Part shown: piece by piece, positions 12,753 through 24,839 of the stretch
Layout of the letters: every line of letters starts with the position of its first letter
How positions within the stretch are numbered: position 1 is the stretch's first letter
Assembly: GCA_964247055.1 (NCBI GenBank)
Contig: OZ176050.1
Location: 3,286,001-3,350,000 of the forward strand
From: Paragordius varius
Lineage: Eukaryota > Animalia > Nematomorpha
Direction: 5' to 3'
Length of the DNA stretch: 64,000 bases
The notes under the pieces: model-generated
What the model was told of the DNA's origin: nothing
Databases searched by the model: none
Seen by the model: the letters and a program-made list of their open reading frames with translations, nothing else
Position numbers and translations under genes: made by a program

Positions 12753-14825
12753 CAGGGCTTGGAACCGGTTTAAAAAAAGTGGAACGGGAACCGGGTCGGT
12801 TCCTGAACAAGTGGAACCGGAGCCTCGTTGGTTCTTAAGAATTTAGAAATAGAATTGGGCGGTTCCTGAACGGAACCGGAACCGCGTTGGTTCCTTAAAA
12901 ATTTAGCGGTTCTGTAACCGGTTTTTTATATTAAAACCGGTTCCATTTTCGGTTCTGACTTTTGATTAAATGATTTTCTTACAAAATATTTATTATAATA
13001 ATAATACAACCAAAATATTAACAATTATAAATCAGACAGGTTATTATAATTTACATATATAACACTAGTCGACAAATTTGGACATTTTTGAGCACCACCA
13101 CTCAATCTTTTAAATTATGACTAATTTCAGTGTTTTAAAACCGAATGTGAAAAAATCTTTGATCCCGCCAATCAGAATTTTGAAATATTATAGGTTTTTC
13201 AATTTTTCAAAAACAAGAGAAAATCGAGAGAAAATCAAATATAACTTTATAATAAAAAGTTATTATATTATAAACTTAATATCATTTAATAAAGCGTTTT
13301 AAACTCTATCTTTTGAATATAAATATGTCATTTAAATATCAGAGAGAAAAAAATAGTACGGACTTAAACGTCAAAATTTAGTCTTTTTCTTTCAAGTGAA
13401 TTTTTAATACGTATAAAAAAAATTTAAAAAAATACTAAAAAAGGCATTCTATGGTTTAAACCTTCGGCTTTCAGAGAGACTATATTTTTTTGTTAGTTTT
13501 CGTTCTTTCCAGTATTTATTAGCCTTTTTTTCTTGAGTTGGTTCTTACAAAAAATCCTTTATTTATACCTAGTGGATATACTTTATTTTTTAAAATTATT
13601 GGTTGTTTTGTATTTTTAATTTCAGATGGATGTTGTGTAGCCACTTTTAGTAGAATATACTATTATTGGATTGGACCATTTGTATTTACCTAATCTTTTT
13701 TTTCAATTTAATTGTAGAATTTATCTAACTTTATTCTGTGAATTGGTTAATTTGACATTTCAATTTGCCTGGATTTTGCTTGCAAGTATCTCTTATCGGG
13801 CTTTACGATTACTTATTGTTATCTTTGCCATATCTGGCATAATTGGATCGCTTGGGTATGCAGAGCTTGTGCAGCCGCCCGGATCTATCAAACTATACAT
13901 AAGCCCCTTTTAGATTTTTAATACTTTGGCTCTTAGCTTGTTTATTATCTTATTTAATGCCTAGAATTTTGTTATTCATGCATGGAATATTACTTGTAGC
14001 GACTTGTTCGTTTGAATATTTAAACATATGTACACGAGGAATGATTGTTATTTTTAAATTAAATACAAATTTAAAAATTAAATTTCGGAAAAATCCTACT
14101 GGTGGCCTCAATTTTCTTTTTTGTTTTGGCCTTTCCAAGCCATTAGGTATCAGAAAATGCAAAAATAATGGGGTGGTGCAAAACCTTGTTGAGCAGTGAA
14201 TGGAAGAAATATAGTGTAGCATAATAAATGAAACAAATCATAAAAATATAATAGGAAAATGTTTAAGTACAAGGTATATAAAGAGTGTTAAATTAAGTAT
14301 GGCATCTAAAAAATCCTTAGTTCAAAAAATTATTTCACCAAGCAATTTGCTGGTCAACTGCTTCTCATCTAAAAATATAAAATTAAGGGTGAAGAAACCC
14401 TTTTAACGGAAACTTATATAACCAACATATGTATTATAAATTAACATGAGTTATACCTATTAGTTTTCTTAAAACAGCCAAATCGCCCAAAATTCAGAGA
14501 GTATTGCTAATATAAAATTAGCTGCCTAGTTTTAGGTTTGAAGTATGTAATATTTAGTGGTAAAATCAAATTTAAATAATAATTAACATTTTCATAATAA
14601 AAATCATATAGGCGCCGTAATTAAGGGTGTGAAACCGGAACCGGGTTGGTTATTAAAAATTCATAGATAGAACCGGGGTGGTTCCTGAAATTTTGGAATA
14701 TTTACCGGGGTGGCTCCCGGGAAAATGAAACCGAAACCGCGTTGGTTCCATCCCAATGTAACCGGTTCTTGTTAAAATCCCAGGAACCGGGTTTCGGTTC
14801 CATGCGGTTCCGGTTCCAAGCCCTG
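12753..14825. mobile_element. Non-autonomous hAT-like element (~2.07 kb), present only in copy A
   Basis: 16-bp perfect TIR cagggcttggaaccgg ... ccggttccaagccctg, dense subterminal ggaaccgg/ggttcc repeats, 8-bp TSD atatattg / atatatta. Empty site in copy B at ~32900-32930. Confidence 0.9.
13063..14198 (+). mobile_element. ~1.13-kb element with CACT...AGTG termini (CACTA/CMC-like, non-autonomous) nested inside the hAT element
   Basis: Reverse-complement homolog of 56267-57396 with the same boundaries. Termini cactagtcgacaaa ... ccttgttgagcagtg, flanked by aa/aa. Superfamily assignment rests on termini only. Confidence 0.7.
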
Positions 14826-15341
14826 ATATATTATCATATTTTTGAAATAAAGCCTCTAGCTCTCACCCAAAAGAGTTATTTAAAAAATGTGCTCAAATTT
14901 TGTCATTTTCTGATATAGACCACTTACAACAATAGTAATAACTTTATTAACACATAAACTTTCTATTTTTCGTCCAATCTTTACATATTGGGGTAGTTAT
15001 TTATCCAGAGTTCGGTTTTGTAAATAAACCACAGTTTTAAAAATTAGTTTAGATTAAATTTAATATTAAACACTGTTCTCATGTATTGGATAAAAAGCTG
15101 ATATTTTTTACAGTTTTATGACTTCTAGAGTATACAATTGGTGCAGCTCTAAAACACGCTAGAAGTAACAGCTTATATTAAAATCAAATAAAGATTTTTG
15201 TTGGCAAAATGTAGCTTGAAAGCCTCTTAAATTATTTATATTTTTTAACCATAATATAAATTTGTCTGCCTGCTGCATTAGCGAGTTAAAAAAATTTATA
15301 GAAAAAAATGGCGGCAAAAAAGTTTGGAATGAGGATTTTAA

Positions 15342-15843
15342 CACTTGGATACAACACATTCATTTCAGACTTTAAATTCAAATTGGGGTAGTTGGATTCC
15401 CCCGGCCTGTTTAAAATAAAATTTTTAAAAATTATACAACCAATACAAAATTTTGCACTGATATTCAAAAGACTTGATATTACGTATTTTAAGCTAAAAC
15501 CCAAAGATTTAGACAACGTGGCACGTCTGCATGGTAAAATTGAATATAATTCAAAATAAACCGCTTTTTCTATTTCTATCAAAGTTAGATGTAATTATAA
15601 AAAATTCGCTTTATTTTACCCTCTAAATTAGATGAAAACGATATTTCACAAATGGGGTCGATCTAGTTTGACATGGAACTTTTTTTACATAACAAAATGT
15701 TTAAATATTTTGGCATATTTATATAATTTTTACTAAGATCGAAGCATAAATTTAAATTGGAACCATTTAATTCGATAGTTTTTTGTAAAATCCCAACTTT
15801 TTCTTTGTCTGGTGATTTAGATACCCCAATTTAAATCGAAGTG
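15342..15843. mobile_element. TTAA-flanked (piggyBac-like) MITE, copy A only
   Basis: ttaa|cactt ... aagtg|ttaa, internal inverted motif ttcaaattggggta / taccccaatttaaatcgaa. Absent from copy B (~33345-33360). Confidence 0.7.
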
Positions 15844-16096
15844 TTAAAATTTACATTTTTAATGAAAAAATTGTTATAATGCTGCTAAAAGGCTAAAGAG
15901 AGCATATATTAAATTCGGCTTAATCCAAAAATATTTCCTAAAATATTGAAATTTTAAACCGCTTAACGATATAAAACTACCCTAAAAGGTATTGGATAGT
16001 TATATCACACGTAAGGGCCATAACCGAGGAACATAATAATCCTGATACATTTTTCTATTTTGTTTTTGTGACACTGTCTTAAATCAAATATTATCT

Positions 16097-16138
<42 letters not shown>

Positions 16139-16470
16139 TCAGGCTCTTGCTTCTGTCACAGTGTATATATATTTTATATAATATTTTTATAGTTTAGTCC
16201 ATTGATTTTCTTTTAAACGCCCTAAAAAGGATTTAATAGCATTTATATCCTTTTATATATTTATTAATTTTTTCTGTTCAATATTTGTTATAATTTTATG
16301 ATACTAAAAGAGTGGAACAGAAAAATTTGGCCACTTAAATTTTTTGGGATACCTAATGGTATAACCTATAGTTTTTGGCGAATTAGAGAATGGCATTTCA
16401 AAAAAATATATTATTTGTATTGGTACAGATTAAAGTCAAATACTTAAAGCATTGCGGTACTTAACTTTAA

Positions 16471-17030
16471 CGATTCAAATTGGGGTATCTAAATACCCCA
16501 GACTAAATTTGAGTTATGATTAAAAAACTACTGAGGGAAACGGTCCAAATAATTTATGCTTCTATCCTAATAAAAATTATATAAATACAAAATGTCTAAA
16601 TAAAATTTTGCTTTGAAAAATAAAGCTCCATGTCTACTTGGCCGCCATTTTTATTTTACAAAAATTTTGCAAAATATTGTCTTTATTTGAATTGAAGGGT
16701 AAAATCAAAGCTAATTTTTGATTTAATTGCATCTAACATTGATAGAATTAGTAAAAGCTGTTTATTTTGTATTGTTTTTCAATTTTTACCATTGCAAAGT
16801 CACACTGACTAAATTTTTACCTTTCGGTTTTAACTTAAAATAAATAATATCAAGTATTTTTGAATAATTTTTTTATATATTTGGGCTTATTAATGTTATA
16901 TAAGTGCAAGATTTTGCAATGGTTTTGATTCTTTCCATATTTTTTAATAATTTAATTATAAACAGGCCTGGGGTATTTAACTACCCCAATTTGAATCGAA
17001 ACACTAAAATGAATGTGTTGTATCCAAGTG
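16471..17030. mobile_element. Second copy of the TTAA-flanked MITE, inverted relative to the first, copy A only
   Basis: TTAA at 16467-16470 and 17031-17034. Reverse-complement similar to 15342-15843 (acacttggatacaacacattcattt / aaatgaatgtgttgtatccaagtgt). Copy B reads ttaactttaaattaag with no insertion (~34095-34110). Confidence 0.7.
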
Positions 17031-17093
17031 TTAAATAAGTAAATGTTTTTTGGATCATACCAGTTAGTGATAGCATTATAATTTTGACACCGC

Positions 17094-19528
17094 ATGTTTT
17101 CAAATCAGCATATTCTATATTTTTCAAGCCTCGTAAAATTATACTTTAGCGAAACATGTTCAGAATTTTTTAAGATCATCTATATCAATGGACCTTTAAC
17201 GCTGTTATCCTTTCATCGGTTAATCAAAGAGCAATGTAAAATTGCTAAAATATCCGAAGTTTATACCTTAATTAATTATTAGACTAAATATTTTTTGTCA
17301 TTTCTTTTGTATAATCAAATTATAAAATACAATGGGGAAACCTACACCATTAATGATACATATGTATTGTTTTTATCAAGGATAAATATGTTTAATTTTC
17401 GTAATTAACAGGTTTTTGTATCATTCTGCAAAAAATTTCAATAAGATGGAATGCGAAATATTAAATTTCTTAGCAAAACATGGACAATCAACTATAGAAC
17501 ATCTAAAAGATAATTTTAAAGAACTAAGTTTTTTATTTTATAATAATATAGATTTAAATGAGTTAAAAACCGCATTTTTAAATCTAGCAAGAAATAATTA
17601 TATTGGAACGAGACTTAATTTCAACCGTGAAAATTCCAATCTAACGAATTTTACAAATTTGGCATTTAATGTTTCCCAAGATGATATGAATAGTATATAT
17701 TAAATTTTTCTTATAAAAATGAATTCTAGACTCAACACTAATAATTTTCTTACCGAATTATATATTTGTTCAAAATTGACAATATTTAAATTATTTCACA
17801 AACACATATTATTCTAGCTTTAGTTGAACCCTCAATCGACACATCAAGTGAATTGGTATCAACCAACAAAAAACTTCGTAGTGCAACCTGCCGAACTCGG
17901 AGTTTATGGTGTCTTAATCCGAATAAATTAACAAGCATCGTATTGGCTGATATATTAAGTTCCGCTTTTTACTATAAATACATTGTGTTCTATAACCAAC
18001 TAATAAATTCGTCCTTCACAAAAGTTGGCACACAAAAGAATGTTGAAACTTTTACACAAATTTTACGCGACATATTAGAAAATAATGATTTTACAGCAAT
18101 TTGCAATGGCCAAAATCCTTCCACATACCTTGAAATAGATCCCCTAAACATTGAACGAGCCTATGGATTAGACATTAAAAAGGAATTTATACACTTTTTA
18201 GATTTTTGTGCGCAACATGAAACACTTATGAGACATCAACAAAGCGCCCAAACGAAAGTTGCAGACCCCCTTAAAATGGCCACTTCTCATAGGGAAAAAG
18301 CGTGGATAAGTCATGCTCGTGATGATATGTATTACAAATTTCATGTAAAAGTAGCCCTACTTGATGTGTTTGATCAATTTGTCCATCAATTTATACAACA
18401 GCAATATGGTGTGAAATCTGCACGTATATATGGGTTTACACACATATAAATATGTAAATTGTTTTTTGGATGTTTTTTATCATAGCATCATGTTGATTTC
18501 TAAGCATGTTATATTAAATAAGCGTTACCTTTTACTGAAATTCTTAAGTATATTGATTCAAAAAATCGTTTTCGATATATTTTTAAATAAATGCAAATGA
18601 CATATTAGATAAATCATTTTTTTAGATTAATACAAAGTTTGGGTTTATGTGAACAAAAAACAATCGAAGATTGTGCCATGATGCCGGCTAAAGAAGTCAA
18701 AGAACACCTGTATTCCTTGCTGGATTCAAAATTTTTAAACATTCTTGAGATTTCGAAGGCCAATGATTTTGCACCTTCACGCACTTTTTATCTGTTTCAA
18801 CCGTCTACAATGTATCACACGGCTCTAGCTATACAAACTTATTTATACAAAGTACATTGACAATTTCATTTATAATGCTGTAGTTTTTTATTGGTAGGAT
18901 ATGAGGTAAATAGACACATTAACAATTTTCGATAGTTTTAATGTGTTTTATCGATAAATATTTTGTTGAAACTCTATTATGGAATAGCATCGAGTTATTG
19001 CTTAATTTTTGGACGTTGGAATCTACTGAATTCATATAATAACTTGTATCATTTTTTTAATTTTTTTATTAATAAACTAACAATTTAGCGCTTATTAAGT
19101 TGTAGATCGATTAAGATTTCTTTCGCTTGGGTGTATCTAGCATTTTACATTATTTTACAAGGAAAAATTTATTAATTTGTAAAACAAAAGATATGCCAAA
19201 ACTTACTTGAACGGAGTGAACATGAGCATCGCCGATCTAAGCATTTGCTTGAGAAACGAGAGAAAATTGAAGCAATTATTTCTAACCTTCCAGGCCCTGA
19301 AATCAATGAGAATTATGAGGAACAGGTCGCTGATATAAGATCATCCCTTTTACCTTCCGAACATGCTATCTTACAGGAAGTCCAACTAGCTCAAGAAAAG
19401 TTTGTATTTATATTATAATTTTTTATGGACACAAATATACTTTAATGTTCAGAATTGACCAATTTTGACTTTTGTTTTAAACCATTTTTTTCACTCCTAA
19501 CTTAATTAGGGTATCCAAGCGAGAATAA
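17094..19528 (+). CDS. POLR3C: RNA polymerase III subunit C3 (RPC62/RPC82 family), copy A
   Basis: Recognisable motifs QQQYGVKSARIY-GLI...EQKTIEDCAMMPAKEVKEHLYSLL...EISKANDFAPSRTFYLF and ICQNLLER. Exons 17094-17258, 17283-17389, 17412-17527, 17552-17692, 17818-18433, 18626-18851, 19191-19399, 19510-19528. The last exon is uncertain (see findings). Confidence 0.88.
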
Positions 19529-19902
19529 TACTATCATTTTGATTTTAGAAATAAACGTCTGAATCTAGTGTCGTAAAAAATGTAAGACGATATTTTTATA
19601 TTTATATTTTTCATGCTAGAATCGAATGTGCAAAATATTACATAAATCAAATGCTCATTTTGACAGAAACAGTCGCAGTCCTAACCATTAAAATCCATTA
19701 GAAAATAGTATAAATGTAATTTATATATACATATGTAATTTATTTTATATTTAGATTAAATAATTTTATGTTACATAAGCTCTGTAAATAAATTAATAAA
19801 TCGATGATTGATTGATGAATTACAAAATAAATAAAATTGCGTAATCATAATGTATGATTTGGATGTTCCCATTTATTTTGCCAATATAATTTTGATCATT
19901 TT

Positions 19903-21040
19903 CTAATTTTTAAATTTTTTGTTGACTATTTTTTCTTCCTTCAAATTTTTGTTTTGCATTTCAAGATGGTTGACACTGTCAACTTCTGAATTTTCTACTT
20001 TTTTTTCAACATTTTCATTTGTTTCCGTGTCTTTTGTGGGCACATCAGAATTATTAGGTGTTTCAATGTTATCATCTGGTTTAGCTACTCCTTCGTTTCG
20101 AACTGACCCAGGCTAATCAAATATAAAAGCGTTTTTTGAACAAAGAATTATTTTAGAAAATAAAAGTAATAAGATGAAAACTTACGAGGTATACGCCTAA
20201 AAATTTGGGAATATTTTTATATAATATAAATTATAGAAATTGAATATTTATGATATAATATATGGGAATAAGGATTTACATTGGCAGTTGACTAAGAAAG
20301 AATTTGTAGGGCAAAATGTTGAGCAAACCACGGTTCCATTCACAACTTCACCTATAATTAAAATAAACGACGTGGATAAAGTTGAATTTTAAATTAAATA
20401 TTTTTAAAAATTAATTTGAGTTAAAAGTTTATAAATATTATATAAATTAGGATTCATTGAATCTTTCTGTATTTACTAAAAGAAAAAATCCAAATAATTT
20501 GTTTCATTTTATTTTTTTATAAAATTGTTATCTTATCCAAAACGTAAAATTTATAGTATTGCCATTTTAAAATATTTTGAAATAATCCTTAATTATAAAA
20601 ATATACAAAAAGAATTTTAATGCCCCTGTAATCCAAATCCAAGAATATAAAAATTAATATAATTTAATTATCTTATGTAATCAAATTATTGTTTTACCTG
20701 TTCCAGTAGAAGTTGAACCTCCTTTGCCACGGCTAATACCTAAAATTATTAATAAATTTGAAATTAATAAAAAAAAGTCAAAATAATGTATTACCCCATC
20801 CTTTGCCTTTTCCTAATTAAAGATAAATAATATTATTATTTAAAAATGAAAAATTGATAGTTATATTGTTAAAATAATAAATTAAATTACCATAACTGAC
20901 TTGTGGCACATAGTAACCTTTAGTATAAAAATACATAAGTTATGGTTAAATTCAAATATGGTAAAGAATTTAATGTCAAACCAATCTTTATTCTTAAATC
21001 CGTTTTAATTTTTTTAATATTTCTCCTTTGCCCCAATAAT
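19903..21040 (-). pseudogene. 5'-truncated copy of the micro-exon gene (copy A)
   Basis: Exons 20917-20891, 20812-20795, 20739-20698, 20351-20280, 20196-20186, 20112-19903 keep AG/GT sites and an open frame. The 21-nt exon equivalent (~21020-21040) has lost both splice sites, and the signal-peptide exon and three further exons lie beyond the duplication breakpoint. Confidence 0.8.
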
Positions 21041-21214
21041 TTGCCAATGAATAAATATTGTTTATATTTTTATAAAACAGTAAAAATTGCTATTACGGAC
21101 AAAACATAAAAATATAAAGACAAATATTTTTGTTTAAAAGACATTCACAATCTTTAAATTTATCTGTCATATATTTACACATAATTAAATTATATGTACT
21201 AATCTGCAGGTTAG

Positions 21215-21940
21215 ATATGACTTTGATGTCCGCAACAAACTTTAAAAATTTTCGCGATACCAGAATATAATCGATTTGTGACTTCTTATTTCCACTTTCG
21301 TAGGTAATTAAATGGCTATTCCTTTTAGTAAAAAAGGTATTTGTTATAGCTAAGTTAAAAGATTGAGCAAATCTTAATAAACTAGCCCCTTCTTTTATAA
21401 CCCCAAAGCCTTTTCCCCTTGCCAAAGCTCAAAAACTCTCCTATTTTGTCCCATATGCCCATTGAAATCATAACAAAGTATGGTTTCTCTGTCTTTCGTT
21501 AATGAAGTCATTTCTGCGTCTAACAAATAAAATTTATCTTTCTCCGGTTTAGTTAACCCTATCTGAGGAGAGCATAAACGGTTGGTAAAAACCTTTTATA
21601 TAACAAAAGGTCGACACTTATAATTCCACTGTCAACACGTCTAACCTTAATTACTTGATTGGCAAATCTTGGACACACTATTATGGTGACCCAACTGTAA
21701 CCATCCGTAGAACCTGAATAAAACATTTTACAGTTACCCTCTAACTTCTTAGTGCCGTTTCCACGGTATCTGGTCTCCTGAATGCACAAAAAATTTACCT
21801 TTTATACCCTCATAGTTTCAACCAAATCATATAACTTATTTCTTAACGACCCAACATTTTCTGGCAAAACACACTCTACAACATTCCTTATAGCTATTGG
21901 CCCCTAGCTCCGTGCAGCGACTGGGCAGGTCTGGCCTGCA
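21215..21940 (-). mobile_element. RTE-clade non-LTR retrotransposon fragment (AP-endonuclease region only, disrupted)
   Basis: NVGSLRNKLYDLVETMRV*KVNFLCIQETRY, FYSG, GASLLRFAQSFNLAITNTFFTKRNSHLITYESGNKKSQIDYILV are typical of the RTE/CFDP2-like APE domain. Stops and frame breaks present. No reverse-transcriptase sequence. Confidence 0.85.
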
Positions 21941-22097
21941 ATCGTTTTCTCTAGTTCTTATATTTTTTTAATTTATTATCAAAACCATTTATATCCATGT
22001 TAAAAAACATTGTATTCTTGCAAAAAAATCTTTTTACCGATACCATTTTGTTCGTTACTGCTGAAACCGGGAGAATATATATATATATATATATATA

Positions 22098-22164
22098 TTT
22101 CCATACAAGGCATCTAACTCAAAAATTAGTTTTAATAATTTGAGTTAGATGCCTTGTATGGAAA
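22098..22164. repeat. Perfect 26-bp inverted repeat with 15-nt loop next to a (TA)n tract
   Basis: tttccatacaaggcatctaactcaaa (22098-22123) / tttgagttagatgccttgtatggaaa (22139-22164). Copy A has only the right arm (~1729-1754). Confidence 0.9.
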
Positions 22165-23769
22165 AATGGCAAAATTTTTGGAATTAAATGTGAACGCCTT
22201 GTTCGAAAAAAACATTATCTAAATATATATATTAGATGAATGACATTTGAATCGCAAAAGAAATATTAAATTATAGATATGGATATCCATAAGTGTTGAA
22301 TTTTTGGACCCCTCTCATATGAAATGCAACGATACCAATTTAACACATGCTAAATATTTATTAAAATTTTGATAAACCGTATATTGACGGTAAAAAATCT
22401 TATACAACAAATACCCTATTTCTGTATTCGATGACGATACTATCACCTTATCCAAATTTAAAAAAATAAGCTTTTTGCATTTCATTTATATTTTTAGACG
22501 AACAAATGTGTTAATCGAAATTCTAAAATCATAACAATGTTCAGCTGAATTACATAGTGCACTAAATCGGAATGGGTAAAATACACTAAGGAGTATTTCA
22601 CACTTTAAGTCATTGTTTTATGTTATTCACTTATTATGATTAGAACACTTAAAAAATAATATATCGTGGGATAAAACCGTGTGATTAAATATTTATTTCT
22701 CTATTATTTTGCACACTTATAATCCAAAATCAGTTTTTTTGCCAGTTCCTGCAATAGTTGGAATAGCAATTAATCGAAACTGACGAAAAACTATATGTAT
22801 TAAGTTTTATATCCATTAATATGATTCATAAATTCGAAACCCTAATTTGGATTTTATAGTTGTCTCTCATTCATTTTATTTAATGTGATTTAATCAACCA
22901 ATGAGATACTTTTAAACGATAACTATGATTTCAATTTTTTTGGCACATAAATCTATGTGATATGCAAAATATATGGTAAAAGTTAAAAATAAGAAAATTT
23001 GCATCTTCGGCAAAATAACACAGGCAATCATGCATAATTATAATAAAAAAAACTAAACAAACATGGTGTTTATGGTTTTGGTTCTTACGAGCTTTTTTTG
23101 AGATTGCTCCATGCTAAATAAATTTTTAGATAAAGTCAAATAGTTCATAATATCACTGTTATAATAACTATATTAATAAGGCAATACAATATTTTTGCAA
23201 AATTTTAATAGGTTTCGAAAGTAGTGAAACGAACATATATTAAACTTAAAATTTATTGAGTTTTTACTGGTAAAATGTAACCTTAAAGCTTAGTTATCTA
23301 TTTATTTTCAACCATAATAAAATTTTTCCTGATGCATTAGCGATTTAAATTATCTGTAGAAAAAAATGGAGGCAAAAAAGTTTGAGATGAGTTTTACAAT
23401 TTACATTTTGTTAAAACATTTTTTGTATAATACGCCTAAGAGGATACGGAAAATATATTTTTTTAGCTTAATAGTCTTAATACTTTTTAATATATTGTGT
23501 TTAGGTAGGCATATATCACAAAGCTGTAAAAAAATAAAAGCTTTTATATAATGCATGAGATCAATGTTTGTTTAAATTTTAACAAAAATGACTTTCAAAA
23601 CACTAGTTTTCGAATATAAAGCTTCCCAATATGTCAACTAGGACAAAAAAGCGAAATAGGTCATGAAGTGTGATTTTTATAATTTTCTTGAAATTTGTAG
23701 TATGAAGACAAAAAAACGTATTTAGATTCAATCTCCTTTAATCGACTCTGAGTTGATGGAAATGTTCGG

Positions 23770-23808
<39 letters not shown>

Positions 23809-24839
23809 CAAACTGTTTTTATTATTTTAAAAAGGTATTCATCCACGGTTTTAAACATAATCCAAATACTATAAAATACGCATTAAAATTTTTTTTATAC
23901 AAATTATAAACATATGCTTTATACAAAAAACATTTTTATACATATATTATTTATTTACATCATGCAATCAGCTTTTTTCGCTTTTATATTCGGTATTTCA
24001 GGCCCATTTTAAAACGGGCCAAAACGTTGAAACTCTGAAAGCCTACATCAAAAATTAAATTAAAATAATTACGCTTTGCTTTTTTCAATATAGATGATGT
24101 ATTAACGTGTTTGAATTGATTAATTTATACAAAATTTTTTAGATAAAGTGTTAAAAAACCCAAATTTTTGTATGGAGCTATTATCACAAAGGTGTGAATA
24201 TTATTTTTATGATTAGTAAACGACAAAATACAATTAATTGTAAAAATTTACACTACATAAACCTGAGGTACTCACCAACTAATTAAGGGGTCAAAAAAAT
24301 ATTTTCTTTTATCAAGTATGTTTTTCAAATTTTGATAAATACTTCATAGCCGTTGAAACATTTGCATATATTTATATTAGGAAGTATATATAAAAATTTA
24401 ACAAATAATTCAGGGTTAAACATTTCGGGCTACATGCGTCCACATTCCCCGGTTTGAGTATCAGTGATAAAGTCAGATATTACTTTAAAAATCTGATAAA
24501 ATTTCATGCTATTTTTTAAAAAAAATTTAGAATTTTATTTTTTACCACTTTGAGAAATATGCAAATAATATTTCTAAAAACGAGGGTATTCAATTGTAAA
24601 GGAAAGTGTGTATCCTTCAATTTAAAATATACATCACTTTCCCAAACTCACAGTTAAAAAATAAAAGATTTTAAATACATCCATTTGTTATATTTCGTTT
24701 AGCATGATCAATGAATACATATACGTACAATGAAGTGAATAATTGTTTTTAACCATAAATGAAGAATTGGCTTTAACTGGAAATCAAGTGTAAACTAACA
24801 GAAATATATAATTTCATATTTATTACATTTTTTCTTCCA

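Larger units (their letters stand above)
285..21150. repeat. Tandem segmental duplication, copy A
   Basis: Colinear homology with 21940-38270 throughout (e.g. 1725-2720 vs 22135-23165, 4381-7760 vs 24840-27980, 17094-19560 vs 34157-36660, 19900-21140 vs 37008-38264). Homology begins near attgttttctcaa (~285) / atcgttttctcta (~21941) and fades after aaaagac (21142/38264). Boundaries are approximate. Confidence 0.93.

Noticed and set aside
13117-14222. Short ORFs in the CACT...AGTG element (and 56232-57341) as genes or a transposase
   Set aside because: They have no recognisable domain, overlap on both strands, and their starts, stops and frames differ between the two element copies.
17381-17411. 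Non-canonical GA-AG intron in POLR3C
   Set aside because: A canonical GT donor 9 nt downstream (17390) gives the same phase and a better length match to RPC62.
19560-19903. Overlapping 3' UTRs of the convergent POLR3C and micro-exon genes
   Set aside because: AATAAA-like signals on both strands allow non-overlapping ends, and such signals are uninformative in DNA this AT-rich without 3'-end data.
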